Assembly (NCBI GenBank): GCA_045592745.1
Contig: JAZNVH010000011.1
Coordinates: 21,864-85,863, forward strand
Source of the DNA: Candidatus Aphodoplasma sp.
GTDB lineage: Bacteria; Bacillota; Clostridia; UBA1381; UMGS1253
Direction: 5' to 3'
DNA length: 64,000 nucleotides
In this document: piece after piece, positions 48,683-56,636 of the stretch
Position numbering within the stretch: position 1 is the first letter of the stretch
How the letters are laid out: each line of letters opens with the position of its first letter
Program-made: the position numbers and the translations under genes
The notes under the pieces: generated by a model
What the model was told of the DNA's origin: nothing
The model's database searches: none
The model's input: the letters and a program-made list of their open reading frames with translations, nothing else

Positions 48683-49366
48683 TTAAACTTCCTTGTAATA
48701 GTAACCAACTCCCCATTTAGTGTGTATAAATGACGGCTGTGCCGGATTTGGTTCAATTTTTTCGCGCAGACGGCGAACGTGAACGTCTACGGTGCGGATA
48801 TCGCCCGGATAGTCATAGCCCCATACAATATCCAAAAGGTTTTCTCTGCTGTATACTTTGCCCGGATTCGATATAAAAAGGTCAATAAGGTCAAATTCCT
48901 TTGCAGTAAGCTCGATTGTTTTCCCATCTATTATCACGCGGCGGAAATTATAGTCAAGCGATACCAAGCCAACGGTAACATTTTTGTCAGAAGCTTTTTT
49001 GTCAGCATGAGAAACACGTCTTAAAATCGCCTTTACTCTCGCTTTAAGCTCAAGGATGTTAAACGGCTTTGTAAGATAGTCATCAGCACCATATTCAAGC
49101 CCCATAATTTTATCCATATCCTCGTTTTTTGCCGTAAGCATTACAATCGGAACGGTTGAAAACTCGCGGATTTTCTGGCATGCAGAAAGACCGTCAATTT
49201 TTGGGAGCATAAGGTCAAGGATTATCAAGTCTATTGATTTATCCTTTGCCATTTTAACGGCTTCCTCTCCGTCGTATGCCGCTTCGCAGATATATCCGTC
49301 CTGTTCAAAATTGAATTTTATTCCTTTGACAAGCAATTTTTCATCATCAACAATTAATATTTTCAT
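48683..49366 (-). CDS. OmpR/PhoB-family response regulator
   Basis: MKILIVDDE, phospho-acceptor context LIILDLMLPKIDG, and a C-terminal winged helix (TVDVHVRRLREKIE). Confidence 0.9.
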   Translation of the reverse strand: MKILIVDDEKLLVKGIKFNFEQDGYICEAAYDGEEAVKMAKDKSIDLIILDLMLPKIDGLSACQKIREFSTVPIVMLTAKNEDMDKIMGLEYGADDYLTKPFNILELKARVKAILRRVSHADKKASDKNVTVGLVSLDYNFRRVIIDGKTIELTAKEFDLIDLFISNPGKVYSRENLLDIVWGYDYPGDIRTVDVHVRRLREKIEPNPAQPSFIHTKWGVGYYYKEV

Positions 49367-49605
49367 GAAAAAATTACCCTCCTTAAATCATTACATATAT
49401 AATGTATTTTATCATAAAAAACAAGCCTTAGGCAATACATATTTAAAAAAAGCTTTGCAAAAAGCAAAACTTATTTATTAAAAAGGTTATACGGGCATAT
49501 CATGTCCGCAAATTATGCATTTTGTCATATAAGGTAGCCAGAAAAAATATAAATATTTATGCGACAGATACGCAAAAAACTCAAAGTTATAAAGGGGGAG
49601 AATAT

Positions 49606-49995
49606 ATGGCGTCAAAGGGGTACATTTCGGCGCAGATATTCACGGCAAGACAAGTGATTCCCGTAAGTGGGGCGTCGGTTATGATTACAAAAAGAAATGG
49701 CAGTGCAAATGAGCTTATCGGTTTTCGCACTACAAATGAAGATGGAAGAACGGGTTTGGTTGAAGTGGATACTCCGGACGAAACTCTCTCACAGGAGCCT
49801 GGAAACAACGCACCATTTGAAGTTTTTGATATACACGTAGAGCATCCTGGATATTATCCTGTAACGGTAGTTGATGCGCAGGTTTTTGGCGGTGTTACAA
49901 CAGAACAGAGAGTCGAGCTTATTCCTGTGGCAGATAATACAAATTCTGCAAGTGACAATCTTGAAAGAATATATGTAACGCCGCAAAATCTTTGA
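49606..49995 (+). CDS. Carboxypeptidase-regulatory-like beta-sandwich protein resembling the N-terminal prepeptide region of the spore cortex-lytic enzyme SleC
   Basis: ORF track 49522-49995; the ATG at 49606 follows AAAGGGGGAG. MASKGYISAQIFTARQVIPVSGASVMITKRNG...EDGRTGLVEVDTP...FDIHVEHPGYYPVTVVDAQVF parallels, from memory, the first ~110 aa of clostridial SleC precursors. Confidence 0.55.
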   Translation: MASKGYISAQIFTARQVIPVSGASVMITKRNGSANELIGFRTTNEDGRTGLVEVDTPDETLSQEPGNNAPFEVFDIHVEHPGYYPVTVVDAQVFGGVTTEQRVELIPVADNTNSASDNLERIYVTPQNL

Positions 49996-50030
49996 TGTGT
50001 TAGCTGTGTAAAGGAAAGGAGGAAAGATAA

Positions 50031-51470
50031 ATGGCAACACCAATTATACCCTATATTCCGCAAACGATAACAGTTCATCTTGGCTCGCCGGAATCAAACG
50101 CGCAAAATGTAGTTGTAAGCTTTGAAGACTATATAAAGAACGTAGCATCAAGCGAAATATATCCTACGTGGAATGAGTCGGCGATTTATGCCAATATTTA
50201 TGCGCAGATATCATACGCATTAAACAGAGTATATACAGAGTTTTACCCAAGTAAAGGATATAATTTTGAAATCACAAATTCTACTGCGATTGACCAGAAA
50301 TTTATATATGGAAGAAATATTTTTGCCAATATAGACCGCATTGTGAGCGAAATTTTTAATGATTATATCAGAAGACAAGGCTTTGCGGAGCCTTTGGCGG
50401 CAAAATACTGCAACGGCACAACCGTAACGTGCGAGGGACTTTCGCAGTGGGGCAGTGAATACCTTGCAAGACAGGGCTATTCCTCGCTTGATATATTGTA
50501 TAATTATTACGGCTACGATATTGAGCTTGTTATAGATGCACCGATTCGTAATATTGTGCGCTCATATCCGGGATATGCAATAAGCCGCGGCGACAGAGGC
50601 GAAAACGTTGCGACAATACAGACCGCGATAAACAGAATATCAACAAATTATCCGTCTATACCAAAAATGTATCCTGTCGACGGAATTTTTGGCGAAGCGA
50701 CCGAGCGTTCCGTAAAGGCATTTCAGCGGATTTTTAACCTCACTCCCGACGGAATTGTAGGAAAGGCAACATGGTATAAAATGATTAGTCTGTATACAGG
50801 AATTACGCGCCTTTCGGAGCTTAATTCAGAAGGACAGACCATTTTTGGGAGAAGCCTTGAGTATCCCGATGCAATTTCTGAAGGAAACGTCGGCGAGAAG
50901 GTTACAATATTACAGTTTTTTATAAATGTAATTTCGAGCGTAAACCCGTTTGTGCCAGGAGTGCCGATAACCGGCACTTTTGGAGAAGAGACAAAAAATG
51001 CCGTAATTGCTTTTCAGCAAAATAACGGCCTTGTTACTGACGGCATTGTAGGGGCAAAAACGTGGGGTGCAATGTATGAAGATTTTAAGGGCATTGTAGA
51101 TGAGGTTTTCTTAGGCAATACTGTGCTTGACATACGAACAGAGCCTTATCCGGGAACGGTACTTCAGGCTGGCTCTGAAGGAGATGATGTGCGTGTTTTG
51201 CAGCAGTATTTAAATGCGATATCTGTTACGAATGAGGGACTTTTAGCTGTTCCGGTTACGGGGGTGTTTGATGCGCAAACACGCCGTGCGGTGACACAGT
51301 ATCAGCAGGCATTTGATTTGCCTGTGACGGGAAACGTTGACGAACAGACGTGGAATTCAATAGCAAACACATATAAAAACGTAGTTTCAGCAACCCTTAC
51401 CCACCCGACACAGTTTCCGGGAAGAACTCTTCGTCAGGGAGAGAGTGATGCGGATAATGCAAGTGCATAG
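50031..51470 (+). CDS. SleC-like spore cortex-lytic enzyme core with three PG_binding_1 repeats
   Basis: RBS AAGGAAAGGAGG. ITVHLGSPESNAQNVVVSFEDYIKNVASSEIYPTWNESAIYANIYAQISYALNRVYTEFYPSKGYNFEITNSTAIDQKF closely parallels the SleC catalytic region as I recall it. Three repeats of the G-x-x-V-x-x-(I/L)Q...DGI(F/V)G...T...A(V/I)..FQ type follow. Confidence 0.65.
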   Translation: MATPIIPYIPQTITVHLGSPESNAQNVVVSFEDYIKNVASSEIYPTWNESAIYANIYAQISYALNRVYTEFYPSKGYNFEITNSTAIDQKFIYGRNIFANIDRIVSEIFNDYIRRQGFAEPLAAKYCNGTTVTCEGLSQWGSEYLARQGYSSLDILYNYYGYDIELVIDAPIRNIVRSYPGYAISRGDRGENVATIQTAINRISTNYPSIPKMYPVDGIFGEATERSVKAFQRIFNLTPDGIVGKATWYKMISLYTGITRLSELNSEGQTIFGRSLEYPDAISEGNVGEKVTILQFFINVISSVNPFVPGVPITGTFGEETKNAVIAFQQNNGLVTDGIVGAKTWGAMYEDFKGIVDEVFLGNTVLDIRTEPYPGTVLQAGSEGDDVRVLQQYLNAISVTNEGLLAVPVTGVFDAQTRRAVTQYQQAFDLPVTGNVDEQTWNSIANTYKNVVSATLTHPTQFPGRTLRQGESDADNASA

Positions 51471-51485
51471 AAGGAGGTATATATA

Positions 51486-52673
51486 ATGCAGGATTTTCAG
51501 GTAGAAAACGGAAAACCAATATATAATTTGCAGCAATTTTTAAGAATTATAGCACAGGCAAACGGCAGAGAGCTGCCACTTATTCCCGATGGAATATACG
51601 GGGTGCAAACCGAGGCAGCGGTAATTGAATTTCAGCGTGCAAATGGTCTTTCGCCTACGGGAGAAGTAGACAATGATACATGGGATAAAATTATAGAGGA
51701 GTATTCAAGGGTTGTTGTTTATACGCTGCCCCCTCCGTGCACATCGTTGTTCCCATCGGGAAGTCACGTTATACGTGTGGGTGACAGAGCCACTTTTCAC
51801 TATCCCATACAGGCTGTTATACTGGCAATAGCTAAAAAGCTTGACAACATAGACGAATTTGAAATATCCGACACACATACAGGCGGTGTTGTAGAAACTA
51901 CAAGGCAGCTTCAAAGGCTTTTGGAAAGCGACTGTGACGGCGAAATTGATGTAAACTGCTGGAGAGAGTTGTCAAGGCTGTATGAAAACCTTGTATCAAA
52001 AGATACATTCAGACTTGACGATGCAAATAAAGATAATCGCGCAAGAAACGCCGGTCAAAACCAAAGAAATATGCAGATGCCGATGACACAATTTCCTGAG
52101 AGGTTTATAGGTGGGCAGGAGCTTTTACAGGATATAAGACGTAATCAGGATATGTACGCTTCGCCTTCTGCAGAAAGAGAAGCTGCGTTCTCGCCAAGAC
52201 TTGAGCCATACAATATACGAGGTGAGGGGGCAAATGAAACTACTCTTCCTACAATGCCACAAGCTCAAACACAAATGCCGATGATGCCTGATGGGGTGCA
52301 AACGGATATGCAGCCCTCAACCAATTTTCAACAACAACCGATGAACGTGCAGCCACCTCTGATGATGATGCGTCAGCAAACAGAAAATATGCAAATGCAA
52401 AATTTTGCGCGTCCGATAATGCCTTCGCAAATGCAAAATACTACGGGGCAATTTAGACAAAATGCACCTCAGATTCCTACGGTGGAGGAGCAGAATATCA
52501 AGCGTAGTGAGAGTGACAGAGTAAACAACGCTACTGATATGGGAAATAATGTAGTTCCCAATAAGGTAAACATGGAAAACAATAATACCAAAGCACCAAC
52601 GGGACGCACAGATACAGTGCAAAATCAAAACAACAGAACAAAAAAAGAACCGCTAAGATGGGATTTTAGATAA
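51486..52673 (+). CDS. Peptidoglycan-binding-domain protein with a Gln/Met/Pro-rich low-complexity C-terminal half
   Basis: N-terminal PG_binding_1 pattern (LQQFLRIIAQ...PDGIYGVQTEAAVIEFQRANGLSPTGEVD..TW). The C-terminal region includes QMPMMPDGVQTDMQPSTNFQQQPMNVQPPLMMMRQQTENMQMQNF. Confidence 0.6.
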   Translation: MQDFQVENGKPIYNLQQFLRIIAQANGRELPLIPDGIYGVQTEAAVIEFQRANGLSPTGEVDNDTWDKIIEEYSRVVVYTLPPPCTSLFPSGSHVIRVGDRATFHYPIQAVILAIAKKLDNIDEFEISDTHTGGVVETTRQLQRLLESDCDGEIDVNCWRELSRLYENLVSKDTFRLDDANKDNRARNAGQNQRNMQMPMTQFPERFIGGQELLQDIRRNQDMYASPSAEREAAFSPRLEPYNIRGEGANETTLPTMPQAQTQMPMMPDGVQTDMQPSTNFQQQPMNVQPPLMMMRQQTENMQMQNFARPIMPSQMQNTTGQFRQNAPQIPTVEEQNIKRSESDRVNNATDMGNNVVPNKVNMENNNTKAPTGRTDTVQNQNNRTKKEPLRWDFR

Positions 52674-52684
52674 AATATATTTTA

Positions 52685-52713
52685 AAAGGTCGCAGAATTT
52701 TTCTGCGACCTTT
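52685..52713. terminator. Bidirectional terminator between the PG-binding gene and dut
   Basis: AAAGGTCGCAGAA / TTCTGCGACCTTT 13-bp stem with loop TTT. Confidence 0.85.
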
Positions 52714-52718
52714 GTAAT

Positions 52719-53210
52719 TTATTTTGTTGTGCTGCCAAAACCACCATTTCGAATTTCGCAAACATCATCATCATACGTTATGCCATATTCAACAAATATG
52801 CCTTGACAAAAAGCCTCGCCGCTTTTTAGTGTAACGGTTTTACCCTCGTTTGAATCGTTTGTAATTTTTATAAAAATGTGTCCCTCATTATCCGAGTTAT
52901 AGTAATCGCTGTCAATAATGCCTACGGTGTTATTAAGCTGAAGTCTGAACTTAAAACCAAGGCCACTTCTGGGATAGAGTTTTAATACCCAGCCTTCGTC
53001 GATTTTTACGCGTATGCCTGTTGGGATTTTAATCGTTTCACCCGGAGAGAGCGAAAAGTCAATAGGCGAAAAAATATCATAGCCTGCCGAGCCTGTCGTT
53101 GCACGTCTTGGTAGCTTGATCCCATCATATATCTCCAAAGCGTTTTCTGTTTCGCAGTCTTTTATGTACTGCTCTTTGCTGACTTTATAAAAATTTGCTA
53201 TTTTTTTCAT
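52719..53210 (-). CDS. dut: dUTP diphosphatase
   Basis: Motifs RRATTGSAGYDIFSP and the C-terminal RNGGFGSTTK. The ATG at 53210 follows AAGAGGTG; the ORF-track GTG at 53219 lies inside that RBS. Confidence 0.85.
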   Translation of the reverse strand: MKKIANFYKVSKEQYIKDCETENALEIYDGIKLPRRATTGSAGYDIFSPIDFSLSPGETIKIPTGIRVKIDEGWVLKLYPRSGLGFKFRLQLNNTVGIIDSDYYNSDNEGHIFIKITNDSNEGKTVTLKSGEAFCQGIFVEYGITYDDDVCEIRNGGFGSTTK

Positions 53211-53234
53211 ATTACGCACCTCTTCTTTAAATAA

Positions 53235-53729
53235 TCATCCGCAGTAAAGAACGATTTTTCCTTCCGAAATAGTTTTTTTGATATCTATGACACGCTGATT
53301 TGCGCTGCCGCGCCAGTGAAGCTTTGTATCGCGAAGCTCCTCGTCATAGCGTCCGTCAACGAGTACATCAATCTTATCTATAAAATCGAGTGTCCATATA
53401 TTATCATAATTATATCCTGTATAAAGCCAAATTGTCTTTTTGGGAAACTTCTCTTTTATTTCGCAGATAAGAGCTCCGACTTCTTCGCGGTTTTGCGTAT
53501 GTAGTGGGTCACCACCGCTAAACGTGATGCCCGATATATATGATTTTTCAAGCTCTGAAAAAAGCTCGGTCTTTGCTGCGTCGTCAAACACAAGCCCGTC
53601 ATTTATATCCCACGTGATCTGATTGTGGCATCCGGGGCATCTGTGCTCGCACCCTGACACCCACAAAACAACGCGAAGTCCGCTGCCGTTTTTCATATCA
53701 TCAGTCGTTATATTATGATAGCGCATCAC
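53235..53729 (-). CDS. nrdG: Anaerobic ribonucleoside-triphosphate reductase activating protein (radical SAM)
   Basis: VSGCEHRCPGCHN is a CxxxCxxC cluster in NrdG context. The start (GTG 53729 or ATG 53726) overlaps the nrdD stop. Confidence 0.9.
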   Translation of the reverse strand: MMRYHNITTDDMKNGSGLRVVLWVSGCEHRCPGCHNQITWDINDGLVFDDAAKTELFSELEKSYISGITFSGGDPLHTQNREEVGALICEIKEKFPKKTIWLYTGYNYDNIWTLDFIDKIDVLVDGRYDEELRDTKLHWRGSANQRVIDIKKTISEGKIVLYCG

Positions 53730-55846
53730 ATGCTCTTCCTTTCTGCAATTTCTGCCATTTTTGCCGCATTAAGACGCGTATCACCTTTTACACGCGAGTA
53801 TGATAAATAGCCATTCATACGGTCAATCTTTGTAAGATTGCGGCTTCCGCACTTTGGACAAACATCCATTTCAAGCTCTTTGTAGCCACAGTCATCACAG
53901 TACGCAAGTGACAGATTTACACCCTCATAAAAGCCCATATCCATTGCACGATGTATAAGGGTGCGCACCGCATCAATGTTATAATCAATCGGATATTTTA
54001 CATATTGAATTTTGCCGCCGTTTAACAAATCCCAGAAACGTTTTTCAAGATTTTGTTTTTGTATCGGCGTAATATCTTCTGCAACGTGACAGTGGAAGCT
54101 GTTTGATACATATTCTCTGTCAGATACATTTTCAATTATGCCGTATTTTTTACGGAATTGTGTAACCTGAAGCCCGCACAGATTTTCAGCAGGTGTTCCG
54201 TAAATTGCGTAAAGCTTGCCATCCTCTTTTTTAAACTGGGCAATTTTTTTGTTAATGTATTCCATAACCTCGACTGCAAACGTGCCGTCTTCAACGAGCG
54301 ATTTTTTGTTGTGAAGTTGCTGAAGCTCGTTTAGAGCGGTTATGCCAAAAGATGCCGTTGCTGAATCAAGAAGCGGTCTGATTTTGTCATGTATGCCCAA
54401 GTGTCCACCGTAAAAACCGCCTTCGCAGTACGCGAGCGGATTTGTAGATGCGCGCATCTCGCTAAGATAGTCGTATGTTCTTAGATGAAGGCCGCGGATA
54501 AGCTCAAGATAATAGTCAAGAACCTCGTAAAAGTCCTTGCTTTCCTGTTTTGCCTTTGCATAAATCATAGGAAGGTGAAGACTTACTGCGCCGATGTTAA
54601 AGCGGCCAACAAAAACAGGCTTATCATTTTCGTCAGCAGGTTCTATTCCACCACGCTCATAATAGGGCGATAAAAACGCACGACAACCCATCGGGCTAAT
54701 AACCTCGCCGTATTTTTTATAAATGGATGCCACATATCCTTCGCCCGTAAGAGAGAGCCAGTCAGGATACATCGTCTTTGTGCTGCAAACTACGCCTGCT
54801 TCAAATACATCTTCAAGCTCACAGCCTTCGCCATGCAAATTCTTATCATATAAAAATACAATTTTGGGGAAGAGTACGGGTTTTTTGCAGCTTTTTTTGC
54901 CCTGACCGCCTGCGCGCACTTTCAAAATTGTTTTCGATGCAAGCTTCGAAAAACGCTCTTTGCCAAGTCCCATCGTTACGGTTATAAACGGATAGTCACC
55001 TCTGCTTGATGCGACTGTGTTAAACTTATATTCCCAGCCCTGAAAGCCTTGCTCAAAATCAACTGTAACATCGTTTAGAGCCTCTCTTTCGGCACTTTCA
55101 TCATCAAGTCCCATGTTCTTATATCGCTCAAACTGCATTTTGTATGTTTTTTCAGCGTATGGCTCAAGTATTTTATCCACCTGTGGCACAGTAAAACCGC
55201 CGTACTGCTGGCTTGCAGCAGAGAGCACAATATCTCCTATTACATCAAAAGCAACTGCGAGCGTTTTTGGCTCGTTATACCACAGGTTGCCCATTTCAAA
55301 GCCACCTTTGAGCACGCTTTGCACATCAAAAAGACAGCAGTTCATGGTATCTCGTCTTGCCGACATATCGTGTACATATATATATCCGTCGCGGCACGCC
55401 TGAAGCTCATCGGTTGTGAGGAAGAACTTCTGATAAAGCTCTTTATTAAGCTGATTAAATATAAGTGAGCGTTTTGTCGATACGAGTGCACTGTCCGAAT
55501 TTGAATTCTCTTTATCGCCAATATACATAATTGACTGACTCTTTTTATATACCTCGTCAAGCATATGGACAAAGTCCTGCTTGTAGTTTCGATAGTCCTT
55601 ATAGCTTTTTGCAACAACAGGATTTATTGCTTCAAGCGCGCTTTCAACAATGTTATGCATCTCGGCAATATAAACCTCGTCTTTATTCATTTCTTTAACG
55701 CGGTTTTCTACAAAATTACATATAAATTTTATATCTTCATCGCTGAATTTTACAAGCGCACGATAAGCCGATTTGTTTACTGCAACAACAACCTTTTGCA
55801 CATTGAATTTTTCACGTGTGTTATCTTTTTTTATAACGTGTACCAT
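53726..55846 (-). CDS. nrdD: Anaerobic ribonucleoside-triphosphate reductase (class III)
   Basis: ORF track to 55906; the ATG at 55846 follows GGAGGAAAT and gives MVHVIKKDNTREKFNVQKV (ATP-cone). It has the C-terminal Zn ribbon CDDCGY...CPKCGS and a glycyl-radical region. Confidence 0.93.
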   Translation of the reverse strand: MVHVIKKDNTREKFNVQKVVVAVNKSAYRALVKFSDEDIKFICNFVENRVKEMNKDEVYIAEMHNIVESALEAINPVVAKSYKDYRNYKQDFVHMLDEVYKKSQSIMYIGDKENSNSDSALVSTKRSLIFNQLNKELYQKFFLTTDELQACRDGYIYVHDMSARRDTMNCCLFDVQSVLKGGFEMGNLWYNEPKTLAVAFDVIGDIVLSAASQQYGGFTVPQVDKILEPYAEKTYKMQFERYKNMGLDDESAEREALNDVTVDFEQGFQGWEYKFNTVASSRGDYPFITVTMGLGKERFSKLASKTILKVRAGGQGKKSCKKPVLFPKIVFLYDKNLHGEGCELEDVFEAGVVCSTKTMYPDWLSLTGEGYVASIYKKYGEVISPMGCRAFLSPYYERGGIEPADENDKPVFVGRFNIGAVSLHLPMIYAKAKQESKDFYEVLDYYLELIRGLHLRTYDYLSEMRASTNPLAYCEGGFYGGHLGIHDKIRPLLDSATASFGITALNELQQLHNKKSLVEDGTFAVEVMEYINKKIAQFKKEDGKLYAIYGTPAENLCGLQVTQFRKKYGIIENVSDREYVSNSFHCHVAEDITPIQKQNLEKRFWDLLNGGKIQYVKYPIDYNIDAVRTLIHRAMDMGFYEGVNLSLAYCDDCGYKELEMDVCPKCGSRNLTKIDRMNGYLSYSRVKGDTRLNAAKMAEIAERKSM

Positions 55847-55889
55847 TATAAATTTCCTCCTTTTTGTATTTTTTTGCTCTTTTAGTAAA

Positions 55890-55937
55890 TTACAGTATAT
55901 TGTCATAAAAATATTTTGTTGATACTATATGTTGTAT
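55890..55937 (-). promoter_or_regulatory. Tandem NrdR-box-like sites upstream of nrdD
   Basis: TTACAGTATATTGTCA (55890-55905) and ATACTATATGTTGTAT (55922-55937) both resemble the 16-bp NrdR box acaCwAtATaTwGtgt. Their centres are 32 bp apart, the usual tandem spacing. Confidence 0.55.
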
Positions 55938-56037
55938 ATTATATCATTGTGATTGTACAAATGCAATAAGTTTTATATTATAAATTAAAAACGTTTTATC
56001 TTACAAATTCGCCATATCATTTTTGTCAACATTTCAC

Positions 56038-56069
56038 AAAAAAATCCGCACAGACAATGTCGGTGCGGA
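56038..56069 (-). terminator. Terminator after the small exported protein gene
   Basis: On the minus strand, TCCGCAC...GTGCGGA (extended by GTC/GAC pairs) is followed by TTTTTTTG. Confidence 0.75.
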
Positions 56070-56096
56070 AATGTTATTTTTAAAGTAGCATATCCT

Positions 56097-56492
56097 TTAA
56101 TAAATGTCTCCACCAAATTCAATATCGCCTTCTGATGCGGTAGTTTTATATATTACGTGACTTATTGGACTACATGTTCCGCTCCAGACAAACGCTTTTA
56201 ATTTATACGCTTTATTTACACACAGAACCTCGCTGACAATTTCGCCGGTTCCCGGAGCTAATGAGATGTTTTTACATACTATTCCCAAAATGGCACCATA
56301 TTCATCATATGCAGCAATATACAACAAGGCGTCAGCCTGACTTTGTGAAATATTTTTTATTGTTACATTTACATTTGTTGATGTAGCGCCAAGCGCGGAA
56401 AGCTCAAAATCATGTCCGTTTGCAAACGCACCTGTACAAAAAACAGACATAAGTATGCATATGATTAACAGGGCTGAAAAACATTTTTTCAT
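56097..56492 (-). CDS. Small exported hypothetical protein (131 aa)
   Basis: ORF track to 56507; the ATG at 56492 follows GGAGGA. Signal peptide MKKCFSALLIICILMSVFCTGAFA. The beta-rich body has no recognised family. Confidence 0.6.
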   Translation of the reverse strand: MKKCFSALLIICILMSVFCTGAFANGHDFELSALGATSTNVNVTIKNISQSQADALLYIAAYDEYGAILGIVCKNISLAPGTGEIVSEVLCVNKAYKLKAFVWSGTCSPISHVIYKTTASEGDIEFGGDIY

Positions 56493-56571
56493 GTTAATAT
56501 CCTCCAAAATGAAATATCGTATCTTTATTGTACCCTATTTAACTTTTAAAATCAACAAAAATTTTGCACAA

Positions 56572-56605
56572 AAAAGCAGATGCTTTTTTGTAGGCATCTG
56601 CTTTT
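56572..56605 (-). terminator. Terminator after the third SLH protein gene
   Basis: AAAAGCAGATGC / GCATCTGCTTTT 12-bp stem with a 10-nt loop. Confidence 0.75.
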
Positions 56606-56636
56606 TGTATTAAAATATTAAGAGAGGTATAACTTA

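Noticed and set aside
48649-48756. The ORF-track N-terminal extension of the histidine kinase (TTG at 48756), and similar long N-terminal extensions at 1510, 15135, 35132, 40105, 49522 and 55906.
   Set aside because: The extensions overlap the upstream gene or lack an RBS, and in each case an internal start with an RBS gives the family-typical N-terminus. The HK start itself remains uncertain because the RBS at 48648 is poor.
49367-49605. I looked for a sporulation sigma factor (sigma-E/K/G) promoter upstream of the SleC-like operon; CATATAAGG lies near 49533.
   Set aside because: Matches to the -10 consensus were partial and I found no properly spaced -35, which is too weak to call.
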